Positions 23,373 through 34,800 of a stretch of DNA of 64,000 nucleotides are shown one piece after another. The translations under genes and the position numbers were made by a program. The stretch comes from Yuukianura sp. NJ FZ-2021 (taxonomy: Eukaryota), in the NCBI GenBank assembly GCA_046563655.1, contig JAJCTO010000011.1:496001-560000 (forward strand). Direction: 5' to 3'. Within the stretch, counting starts at the first letter, position 1; every line of letters starts with the position of its first letter. The notes beneath the pieces were generated by a model that had not been told where the DNA came from, searched no databases, and saw nothing but the letters and a program-made list of their open reading frames with translations.

Positions 23373-26300
23373 TTACTGTCCGTATCTTTGTGGTTGTCTA
23401 ACGGTTCTACCACGACGAGTAGTGACGACCTTCTCTTCGATCGGAGATTCTTCTTCCACAACAGTCGGCAGTTTCTTCTGCGGTTCCACTTCGACTTCAG
23501 TTGCAGCTTCTTGTAGTGGCATCGCAGCTACTTCCGGTAGATCCAGTGACACTTCCAGTGAGTACAAACGTTGAATGGAACGGAGTAAGGTTCCCACTGC
23601 AGTCTTCACTTTGACGACACGCTTGACTCCGTCCTTTCCCGGGATGATTTCGATGACCTTTGCCAATGGCCACACGAGTCTCTTCACATCGTCACTCCCG
23701 ATGATGACAATGTCGCCAATCTTGATTTCCCTCATCTTCTTTTCCTTCCCACGTTGAACCAGAAGAGACAAGTACTCCTTTCTGAATCTGGACTTGATCT
23801 CCTCACGAACACGGGTCAGATGACGGAATTGTTTCTGTAGTTCAGGTTCCTTGGGTGTGACTTGGTCAACTTCTGGGAACTGAACTTCAGTGATTTCTTG
23901 CAGGAACATGGCTGGTGTCAAGGCGATCAGATCTTCCGAATCCTCAGTGACACAGGTTAGGGGACGAGAATTGACAACTGCTTCACACAAGCAAGTTAGC
24001 AATTGTTCATAATTTAGTACTCGTTTACCCAAAATTCTTTTGAGGATGTCCTTCACTGATCGAATCAGCCGCTCCCAAAATCCTCCCCACCACGGAGATG
24101 CTGGAGGATTGAATATCCACTGGATCCGTTTTACTTCGAATTCCTTTTGTATTCGGACCCAGTCGAGCTTTGCAAAGAGGTTGTCTGCTCCTCGGAAGTT
24201 CGTCCCATTGTCTGAGTAGACTGTTTTGACACGTCCTCTTCTGTTGATGAATCTCTGGAAGCCCAAGATGAAGCATTCTGTGCTGAGTGACGTTAGTAGC
24301 TCCAGATGAACAGCACGGTAGACTGCACAAGTGGCAAGTAGGATCCAAATCTTGTCACCACCCTTGAGGTACATAGGACCTGCTAAGTCCACTCCCGTCA
24401 CTTCAAACACTTTGGTAGTGTTTACTCGTGCTCCAGGCAATGTTGGTAGTCCAGTATCGGCGTATGGTTTTGATTGAAAGCGACGACACTTGACACATCT
24501 TGAAACGATCTTGCTGACTGCCCGTCTCATCTGGAGGATCCAAAATTTCTCACGGAGTTTTGAAATGAGAAACTGAGTTCCTCCGTGACTGTTCTCCAAA
24601 TGAACTTCTCTAATCAGCTGATCTGTAAATAAATGAGAATTTGGCAAAATTAGTGGTAGTCGGAAACCAATTGTGTCGTCACGCTCCAGAAGTCTTGTTT
24701 TGAGTCTGAGGAGGCCGTCAGCATCACGAATGATGCGTATTCCTTTGATTATGTCTCCTGACTCTGGAAATGCTTCTGACTGGACTAGTTTCACGATTTT
24801 GAGTTCCGCTTTTTCCACTTCTGGAATCGTCAAAGGGCCATCGATTCTTCTGTCCTTTGGACTAGTACAATTTTGAATGAAACGAAGGATGAATCCCATG
24901 ACGTTGATGTTTTTCTTAAGTGATGAAAATCTTCTGAGGAACCATGGAATGACAATTTCTGTAGCAACTGCCGATGTGACACTGCACTTTTTGAGTTCCA
25001 CATTCACCAAATCCTGATCTGGAGTGAAACTTGAATTCGGCCAGTGCTCCATCTTCTCTTTTGGCCGTTCGGGTCCTTCCCACCATTTGAATTTTTGTAG
25101 TTCGGTTGCCGAGCATCCCCTTGAAGGCAAATCTGCTGGGTTTAAGGTACCAGGGACGAAACGCCAATCCTCTGAATTGGTAATTTTTAGAATGTCCCTT
25201 ACACGGTTCCCGACAAATGTTCCCCAACTGTTGTCTCCCTGGATCCATGCCAAGGCAGTTGAGGAGTCGCTCCAGAACGTTGTTTTGATTGAAGACAAAT
25301 CCAAGGCGGTTGTCACCGACTTCGTCAGCCTTGCCCCGATGAGACATGCCATAAGTTCGAGGCGAGGAATTGAAACTGACTTGATTGGTGCAGCCCTGGA
25401 TCTTGCTTGGAGTAAATTGACGCTGACTTCACGTTCGTTTTCACATCTCAGGAAGACGACTGCCGCGAAAGCCAGTTTAGAAGCATCGCAGAAACAGTGT
25501 AGTTGCCAAGTTGACTGGTTTGAGATTCCCCCCCTCACATTTCTCGTAATTTCAATCTCGTTGACGGCTCGTAGATCTTCCCACCATGTCATAAATCTTG
25601 AGCTGAACGTTTCTGGAAGCTCCTGGTCCCACCCAACTTTGCATGTCCAAGTTTCCTGGAGAATCATTTTTGGAAGAACTAGAACTGGGCACAAGTATCC
25701 AATGGGATCGAAAATTTTCTGTACACTGGAGAGAATGACCCGTTTTGTAATTTTCTCTGGTGGATCACTCTCCTGAAAATCAGAAAATAAAGTGTCTGAA
25801 ATTAGATTCCACTTCATGCCAAGTACTGGAGTCGCAGTTAACTTGTAGGAGTGACTACTGCCGGGTTCCAATCCGCACCCATCGCCAGTGGACGAGCCGA
25901 CTCTGGAACCCTCCACCGCAGTACACGCCCACTGCCTAAGCTCCATCTTAGCTTCACCTAAAATTTCAGTGGATTCAGATTTAAATTTTTGAAATTCTTC
26001 CATGGAGTCCACGGAAGTGACACAATTGTCTACGTAAAGACCACGGAGTAAATGAAGTGCTGACTGTTTTCGGTAGTCCTGAATTTGAGAAATGTGGTAC
26101 TGGATCACAGCGGCGAGTAGAAATGGGCTCGAATTTACTCCAAACACCACTCTCTTGTGTCGAAATGTCACTTGTCGCTCACTGTTGTCACTTTCCCACC
26201 ATAAAAATCGCAGAACGTCCCGATCACTCTTCTGAACTTCAATCATGAGAAAGGCCTTTCTGATGTCCGCTGTTACCCCAATTTTCTTGAGACGGAATCG

Positions 26301-28690
26301 CATCAGAATGGCAGGTAGAAGTTCCAGTAGGTTTGGACCTTTCTCCAAACAATCGTTGAGTGACGGTGAACGACCGCTACGACATGAAGCGTCGAATACT
26401 GGACGAATCGGTGTGGTGAGGCTCTCAGGTTTAATGACTGCACGATGTGGAAGGTAGTATGCATTGTTTTTGATTTCAGCATCCGGAACCACTTCAATGA
26501 CTCCTTCCTGTAGCCAGGATTGAAAAACTTGGTCATACAAATTATACATACCCTTTGACCTCAACTTGGCAGTCGTGTTGTAGAGTCTCTTTTCTGCCAC
26601 GAAACGATTGTCAGGAATTGTTTGTACGCCTCCGATCCACGGTAGTGCAACTGCGTATCGTCCATCTTCGGAGCGAGAAACAGTAGATTTGAACTGGGTC
26701 AAGGCCAATTCCTCCTTCTCCTCCTTGGACTGAGCCACTGCCGGGTCTTGAATACCGAGGACGTCAAGTTCCCATAATTTTGAAACTTCGAAGTTGGAGA
26801 CGAGTAGAGAGGTGACAGTCATACCCACGGAGGACTGTGAATTGAGAGCTCCTACCAACGTCCATCCAAACTTTGTTTCAATTGCTGAAATTCCATTGCT
26901 CAACTGCTCAACTCGACCTGTAAGTAGAGAACCATAAACGTCAGCACCGAGTAGCAACTCTATCTCTGGGGTTCCGCCGCCAAGATCACCAATCCAAATG
27001 CCCATTGTCCTTCAGTTCTTGAATCCATGCACCAGCTGATAAACGTGGAATATTTCCGCAGATTTGGTCATGGTCCAGAACGTTGATGGCTTTTTTGAAT
27101 TGATTCTGGGTCCCCTCCAGGTTGACTTCGTAAGTGACGTGTGTTCGACTTTCGGTTGAACAGCCAAAAAGAATGTGACGGAGTTGAACTGATCCTGTTG
27201 GTTTCAAATTCAGCTTCTCCGCCGTTGATTTTAAGATGTAGGAGCGTTGGGATCCACTGTCAATGATAGCTCGAACCTTGTGACGTTTCCCTTGCCTCCA
27301 AACATTGAGAAGAAGCGTCTGTAGAATGACACGATTTGAACAGTCCAGACTGGAAAATGCTGACTGTGTAGATTCATTTGTCTTCTCTTCCTTCTTCTTA
27401 TTGTTGCCGACATCTGCACACATGACAGTGGGATGTTTCTTTTGGCAAATGAAGCACTTGACTGCTTTTCTGCAATTTTTCGCAAAGTGCCCCACCTTGA
27501 AACACTTGTCCACATGCTTTCTTGGCTTGAATTCGGCTTCTTCTTTCTTCCAAGGTCAGAGTCTGAGCCTTGAAACAATTTTGAGTATCATGAGGTTTGT
27601 CGCAAAAGAGGCAAAGATTCGATTTTTGTTGTTGACCGGAAAATAATCCTGCAGCGGTCGGCATCTCTTCGCTCAATTCAGCCGGAACACCCTTGCGTTC
27701 ATTTTTGAATGGCTTTTTCGAATTACTTGCAGTGATTCCGAATCCACTTTTGGCCAAACTTCGTTGTTCTTCGCCTTCGACCTCGTGTCTGAGAAAGGTC
27801 ATGAGGAATTGAAGCTCGTTCTGTGGTGGTGAGTCCTTGGATCCATCTCGACCGTAGTTACTGCTGCGTTGCCAGGCTGTGAGAATGTCGTCAGGCAGAC
27901 TGGATTCCACCATGGGATAAAGAAACGTAGCGGTTTGGTCACTGGTAACACCTAAAGACTCAAGTGCACGAAGGTGAGTTTCAAGTCGATCATAAATTTT
28001 GAGTGGAGTTACTTTGTCACGTCCCTGAATTGAATTTTCAACTACCATTTTAAGTAACTCACGGACGTAGACTTGTTTCAAAAGTTTCTCCCTGCCAAAT
28101 CGCCTTTTCAGTTCCTCGATCGCCTTTTGGTAATTTGCTGCTGATTGTGGGAAGCTGTCAATGACGTCACGAGCCTTCGATCCTTCGACAGTAGACTGGT
28201 AAAGATACTGGAACTTGTCTCCCTCGTCGATATCCGGATCTTCGTGAAATTTGCCGAATTGTGCCCAAAATCCAAGCCACTCCCTCAAGTCCCCATCAAA
28301 CTTCTTAATTGAAATCTTGGGTAACTTGTATTTCTTCTTTGAGTGGTTATCGGCACTTTCGGAATGAGTACTGGAGGCAGAAATTGGAGTGCCACGAGCA
28401 GCTGATCTCAGGATGCTGCATTTGATGGTGAGATACTTCTTCTCGTACTCAGCCACACTCTTCTTCTCTTCATCCAGTGCTTCGTCAGTGACATCTGATT
28501 TTGCCATCAGAGCATTGAAAATTTCGGTGTCCAGGTCACGAATCTTCTCCATTTCATTATCCATCATTTCCAAATTGACGTGGAGCAAGATCTGATCTGG
28601 AACTGACGTAGCGAGGATAGCGTTGACTTCATTGGTCAAATTAGTAAGTTGACGACGATGAACTCCCCTCTCTCGAACTTTGTTAGTCAT
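23373..28690 (-). pseudogene. Bel/Pao gag-pro-RT-RNaseH-integrase polyprotein with two frameshifts (~27510 and ~27000)
   Basis: KLPKI..FDG gag, CCHC knuckles, IDSGSQRS protease, YLPH/RPVFDAS/ADIRKAF/YVDN RT, FCDAS/IPRLEL/NPADLPSRG RNase H, GVDLAGP/SDNGTNF/WGGFWERL integrase. Confidence 0.93.
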
Positions 28691-28897
28691 CTTTGGACCT
28701 TAAAATAACTCAGCAGAACGTACTGAATTAGAAAATGGTAACTTTCTAGAAGATAACCGGAACGTATTCACCTTAAGTACCCCCGAATGCTCAGGGTAGG
28801 GCCCACAAAGTGGCAGGACAGAAGGTGAAATGTTGACTGGATCCGGTCCTGTAGTCTCCTACGGCTGTCTGTTACCTCCGCTCAAAGGGTCACCAAA

Positions 28898-29246
28898 TAT
28901 TGAAAGTACTGCTGACTCTCGGTAAAATGGACTATTCGAACCACCGGTTCGAATATCCGTTAATCAAATAATTGAGAACTCAAAGAACTCAGCGAAGAGA
29001 CAGGAGATGTAAATGATTATTACTTTTAATTACTTGAATCAATCAAATTACACCAATGAAGTGAGAGCGCAAAAACTTAGCTCCTAACGGCTCCACTTCT
29101 TCCTATCAACTTAACTCATTACACACACAAAAGGTTAGGATTCCTGAACAAAAATCAAATACAAAAGAAACCTAACCGACAAAATGCTATTTTAAAATTA
29201 GAGCCCTTCAGGCTCCTCCCATACAAAAAGTCTCATATTTCTAACA
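28898..29246 (-). repeat. 5' LTR
   Basis: Direct repeat of 22905-23253; reads TGTTAG...CAATA on the element strand. Confidence 0.95.
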
Positions 29247-29895
29247 CTCACGTAAAATTTTGTCTCGTTTGGCAGGTCTTGGTTAGAGGAACCCACTTTT
29301 CCCACAAATGATAAATTCCAGCGCACATGAGTAGTTGCATTCTTTTGTATTTATGCTCAAGGTTAAAATGATATCCTATGGCCGTCCTCCATATTGGATC
29401 CTTTGTTGGAGCGTTTTCAGGGTTTCTGAGTCGTCTCAGGCAATTTCCTATATTCCCTATGTTAATTTTAGTCTTTCTAAGAAGTAAGGTTAACTTAGGC
29501 TCTCATTTGTTTACACGTGTCAGTTTCTATAGTTTCAATCTACATTTTTGTGTCTTTTCCTAGAAACTGTCATTTCAATTGGGGTGGATTTACGACCCAA
29601 CCCAAACTGTCTTTTTCTTACTTGTGACCAGGTCAGCCCTTGAGGTCGACCTCTACTCTATAAATTCCCTTCCTCTGCCATTCTCGGCAGGACAGTCTTT
29701 CATTAGTCTTCTTTCTTTCAACTAGTCAGTGTCTTCATGTGTCCGTTGACCTCTGCGGAGTCAACTCTCTTGTGTCCGTCGTTGCTCTACTATATAGACG
29801 ACTCTAACCTTTCCTTTGTGTGTGGTATCCTCTACTATTGTCTTTCTTCAACAGAAATCAGTTCATTGTTTCAATAAACCAGTAAAACCAACCAT

Positions 29896-30945
29896 CTACT
29901 TGGGGTCACAGCAAAGGTCAAAGGCATTCATTTGTGTACAGTGGGTCTGATACAATACAACAGTATTCGGGTCGACCCAGTTGTGTTTCTCTCTTAGTTT
30001 CCGTCCATTCAAGAACCCTGGGTGTTTACAGTCCGCCCAGCACAAAACAAGAGCAAACTGCTCTTCATCCTTTCCTTTCCGGAAATATACAGTTTCTACG
30101 CCGGAAAGTTTACTCTCACGTTGTATTCTGTTTTCGTAGTATGCCAAATATAAAATTAAGTCTGATTCCTGCAATACCAGAGCTGTTTTTTGAACAAGAA
30201 GAGAGAATTTCCGAAAGTCTCTTAGGTATATCTTTGATTCTGTGCAATTTGGAAGTCATGCCTAAATATTGCAGAGTACCTAGTATGATCGTGTTAGGAA
30301 GTTTAGACCTTGCCCATGCCGTGTATTCATCAAGCGAAGTCTCGTCTCTAATGTAGTATGCAAACCAGTCCCAGCAAAACTGGCTTGCTTGCAGCTGATG
30401 ATGAGGACCAATCAGATCAAGGCATTTGAAAGTACCTGAGTTGTTGAAATTTGTCATTGTCAAGTAAAGAGTGGCATAAGTTCTTGAATTATAAAAGATT
30501 CTTGGACTCCCAGTACTGAACAAAGGTCTCCTCTATAAGTATCACGAAACCTTCCTGCTGATTCAGTTTGTTGTATGTTTGTGTAATTGGTTTGTCAGTT
30601 GTCAGATGCGACGCAACTACACTTTTGAATGCTTTTGTCAAAATAATAGCTAGCAACGTCCACAAACTGAGAACAAAAATTTTACGATCTCGGGCATTTT
30701 TTTGCTGTAATTTAGTAGAAATTTCCCAAAGACTTCCGCAATAGATGAACAAAAAGTCTAGGCATATCGGAACTAATTTTCTAAACTGAAAAGTTGTGTG
30801 TGATTGGACATGAATTGCACAAGTAGCAAAAAGTGTCAATAATGCCGAATTTACACATTCCCATACCGTTCTTCTTTCTGTTGATCTTTCTGCCTTCCTT
30901 TCCGATTTTTCGGTTTATACATTCCTTTCCCTTGACAAAGACTTT
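29896..30945 (-). pseudogene. Frameshifted membrane-protein gene, possibly a divergent ionotropic receptor
   Basis: Chain of three minus-strand ORFs; LWTLLAIILTKAFKSVVASHLTTDKP resembles the iGluR/IR transmembrane W..I..Y.S...S.LT..P motif. Confidence 0.4.
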
Positions 30946-31408
30946 TCGCGGTAGGACTGTTCCGTCGACGTTTTTCGGATCTGGTAATCCTGTTTCTGGA
31001 GATTCCAACATTTTCCCAAAATCCGAGCGCGCGAAAATACCTTCATCGGATTGTGAGCCACTGTGACCAATGCTTACAACTGAGAATTTGTATGAAAGAT
31101 CCGTAATCGCTAGAAGAACGACGGAAAAATAGTTTTTGTAGTTGAAGTACGTTGTTCCAGAAAATCTTGGACTTTGAATTCTTATATGTTTCCCATCGAT
31201 TGCTCCACACGCATTAGGAAAATTCCACTTTTCTTTGAATCCGAGTTCATTTGTAGTCCACATTTCCTTGGTAGGTTTTGGCAAATAAATTGGACCAAGA
31301 TGGTGAAAGATGGAAGGCATGACTTCTCTCAAAATTTTGCAAATTGAGAACGGTGAAATTCGATAGCTCATAGCAAGTGAAATCTGTGAATTCCCAGTGG
31401 CAAGGTAT
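30946..31408 (-). pseudogene. PIF/Harbinger (HARBI1-like) DDE transposase exon, 3'-truncated
   Basis: YLATGNS..L, WNFPNACGAIDGKHIRI, YFNYKNYFSVVLLA, G..SD.GIF; splice acceptor T10-AAATTTAG ending at 31409; homology lost after GTVLP, before the GDxAF motif. Confidence 0.85.
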
Positions 31409-31428
31409 CTAAATTTAAAAAAAAAACG

Positions 31429-31812
31429 TCAATCAGACCTTAGTTGAAAAATATTTTCAACAACACTGGTTTCAAAAAACCACTTGAAGATCCTCAAACT
31501 AGACAAATGTCCCTATTTTTGTAGTCTGTCTCCATAGCGTCAAATTAAAATTGCTATCTTGGCACAATTCCGTTCCTCAGGATTCAATCAGACCTTAGTT
31601 GAAAAATATTTTCAACAACACTGGTTTCAAAAAACCACTTGAAGATCCTCAAACTAGACAAATGTCCCTATTTTTGTAGTCTGTCTCCATAGCGTCAAAT
31701 TAAAATTGCTATCTTGGCACAATTCCGTTCCTCAGGATTCAATCAGACCTTAGTTGAAAAATATTTTCAACAACACTGGTTTCAAAAAACCACTTGAAGA
31801 TCCTCAAACTAG
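31429..31812 (-). repeat. Satellite B, ~2.5 monomers in inverted orientation
   Basis: Reverse complement of the 155-bp consensus; switches strand at a shared TAG (31810-31812). Confidence 0.95.
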
Positions 31813-34800
31813 CAATTTTAATTTGACGCTATGGAGACAGACTACAAAAATAGGGACATTTGTCTAGTTTGAGGATCTTCAAGTGGTTTTTTGAAACCAG
31901 TGTTGTTGAAAATATTTTTCAACTAAGGTCTGATTGAATCCTGAGGAACGGAATTGTGCCAAGATAGCAATTTTAATTTGACGCTATGGAGACAGACTAC
32001 AAAAATAGGGACATTTGTCTAGTTTGAGGATCTTCAAGTGGTTTTTCGAAACCAGTGTTGTTGAAAATATTTTTCAACTAAGGTCTGATTGAATCCTGAG
32101 GAACGGAATTGTGCCAAGATAGCAATTTTAATTTGACGCTATGGAGACAGACTACAAAAATAGGGACATTTGTCTAGTTTGAGGATCTTCAAGTGGTTTT
32201 TTGAAACCAGTGTTGAAAATATTTTTCAACTAAGGTCTGATTGAATCCTGAGGAACGGAATTGTGCCAAGATAGCAATTTTAATTTGACGCTATGGAGAC
32301 AGACTACAAAAATAGGGACATTTGTCTAGTTTGAGGATCTTCAAGTGGTTTTTTGAAACCAGTGTTGTTGAAAATATTTTTCAACTAAGGTCTGATTGAA
32401 TCCTGAGGAACGGAATTGTGCCAAAATAGCAATTTTAATTTGACGCTATGGAGCCAGACTACAAAAATAGGGACATTTGTCTAGTTTGAGGATCTTCAAG
32501 TGGTTTTTTGAAACCAGTGTTGTTGAAAATATTTTACAACTAAGGTCTGAAATTCAATCATGAGGAACGGAATTGTGCCAAGATAGCAATTTTAATTTGA
32601 CGCTATGGAGACAGACTACAAAAATAGGGACATTTGTCTAGTTTGAGGATCTTCAAGTGGTTTTTTGAAACCAGTGTTGTTGAAAATATTTTTCAACTAA
32701 GGTCTGATTGAATCCTGAGGAACGGAATTGTGCCAAGATAGCAATTTTAATTTGACGCTATGGAGACAGACTACAAAAATAGGGACATTTGTCTAGTTTG
32801 AGGATCTTCAAGTGGTTTTTTGAAACCAGTGTTGTTGAAAATATTTTTCAACTACGGTCTGATTGAATCCTGAGGAACGGAATTGTGCCAAGATAGCAAT
32901 TTTAATTTGACGCTATGGAGACAGACTACAAAAATAGGGACATTTGTCTAGTTTGAGGATCTTCAAGTGGTTTTTTGAAACCAGTGTTAAAAATATTTTT
33001 CAACTAAGGTCTGATTGAATCCTGAGGAACGGAATTGTGCCAAGATAGCAATTTTAATTTGACGCTATGGAGACAGACTACAAAAATAGGGACATTTGTC
33101 TAGTTTGAGGATCTTAAAGTGGTTTTTTGAAACCAGTGTTGTTGAAAATATTTTTCAACTAAGGTCTGATTGAATCCTGAGGAACGGAATTGTGCCAAGA
33201 TAGAAATTTTAATTCGACGCTATGGAGACAGACTACAAAAATAGGGACATTTGTCTGGTTTGAGGATCTTCAAGTGGTTTTTTGAAACCAGTGTTGTTGA
33301 AAATATTTTTCAACTAAGGTCTGATTGAATCCTGAGGTACGGAATTGTGCCAAGATAGCAATTTTAATTTGACGCTATGGAGACAGACTACAAAAATAGG
33401 GACATTTGTCTAGTTTGAGGATCTTCAAGTGGTTTTTTGAAACCAGTGTTGAAAATATTTTTCAACTAAGGTCTGATTGAATCCTGAGGAACGAAATTGT
33501 GCCAAGATAGCGATTCTAATTTGACGCTATGGAGACAGACTACAAAAATAGGGACATTTGTCTAGTTTGAGGATCTTCAAGTGGTTTTTTGAAACCAGTG
33601 TTGTTGAAAATATTTTTCAACTAAGGTCTGATTGAATCCTGAGGAACGGAATTGTGCCAAGATAGCAATTTTAATTTGACGCTATGGAGACAGACTACAA
33701 AAATAGGGACATTTGTCTAGTTTGAGGATCTTCAAGTGGTTTTTTGAAACCAGTGTTGTTGAAAATATTTTTCAACTAAGGTCTGAAACTCAATCATGAG
33801 GAACGGAATTGTACCAAGATAGCAATTTTAATTTGACGCTATGGAGACAGACTACAAAAATAATGACTTTTGTCTAGTTTGAGGATCTTCAAGTGGTTTT
33901 TTGAAACCAGTGTTGTTGAAAATATTTTTCAACTAAGGTCTGAAACTCAATCATGAGGAACGGAATTGTGCCAAGATAGCAATTTTAATTTGACGCTATG
34001 GAGACAGACTACAAAAATAATGACTTTTGTCTAGTTTGAGGATCTTCAAGTGGTTTTTTGAAACCAGTGTTGTTGAAAATATTTTTCAACTAAGGTCTGA
34101 TTGAATCCTGAGGAACGGAATTGTGCCAAGATAGCAATTTTAATTTGACGCTATGGAGACAGACTACAAAAATAGGGACATTTGTCTAGTTTGAGGATCT
34201 TCAAGTGGTTTTTTGAAACCAGTGTTGTTGAAAATATTTTTCAACTAAGGTCTGATTGAATCCTGAGGAACGGAATTGTGCCAAGATAGCAATTTTAATT
34301 TGACGCTATGGAGACAGACTACAAAAATAGGGACATTTGTCTAGTTTGAGGATCTTCAAGTGGTTTTTTGAAACCAGTGTTGTTGAAAATATTTTTCAAC
34401 TAAGGTCTGATTGAATCCTGAGGAACGGAATTGTGCCAAGATAGCAATTTTAATTTGACGCTATGGAGACAGACTACAAAAATAGGGACATTTGTCTAGT
34501 TTGAGGATCTTCAAGTGGTTTTTTGAAACCAGTGTTGTTGAAAATATTTTTCAACTAAGGTCTGAAACTCAATCATGAGGAACGGAATTGTACCAAGATA
34601 GCAATTTTAATTTGACGCTATGGAGACAGACTACAAAAATAATGACTTTTGTCTAGTTTGAGGATCTTCAAGTGGTTTTTTGAAACCAGTGTTGTTGAAA
34701 ATATTTTTCAACTAAGGTCTGAAACTCAATCATGAGGAACGGAATTGTGCCAAGATAGCAATTTTAATTTGACGCTATGGAGACAGACTACAAAAATAAT

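Larger units (their letters stand above)
22905..29246 (-). mobile_element. Full-length Bel/Pao LTR retrotransposon
   Basis: Two 349-bp LTRs, 5-bp TSD CTCAC (22900-22904 and 29247-29251), PBS-like TGGTGACCC next to the 5' LTR, PPT GAAAGGTGGGAAGA at 23267-23254. Confidence 0.96.

Noticed and set aside
23575..28595. Antisense and alternate-frame ORFs over the Bel/Pao element (likewise over the Polinton and CRE genes)
   Set aside because: Shadows of real coding strands with no independent motifs
29568..29912. Possible solo LTR (TG start, TATAAA, AATAAA, CA end)
   Set aside because: No TSD or second copy found in the window
31955..31972. RFX X-box-like GTGCCAAGATAGCAAT in the satellite monomer
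   Set aside because: Poor match and spacing relative to GTTGCCATGGCAAC; too short to support without binding data
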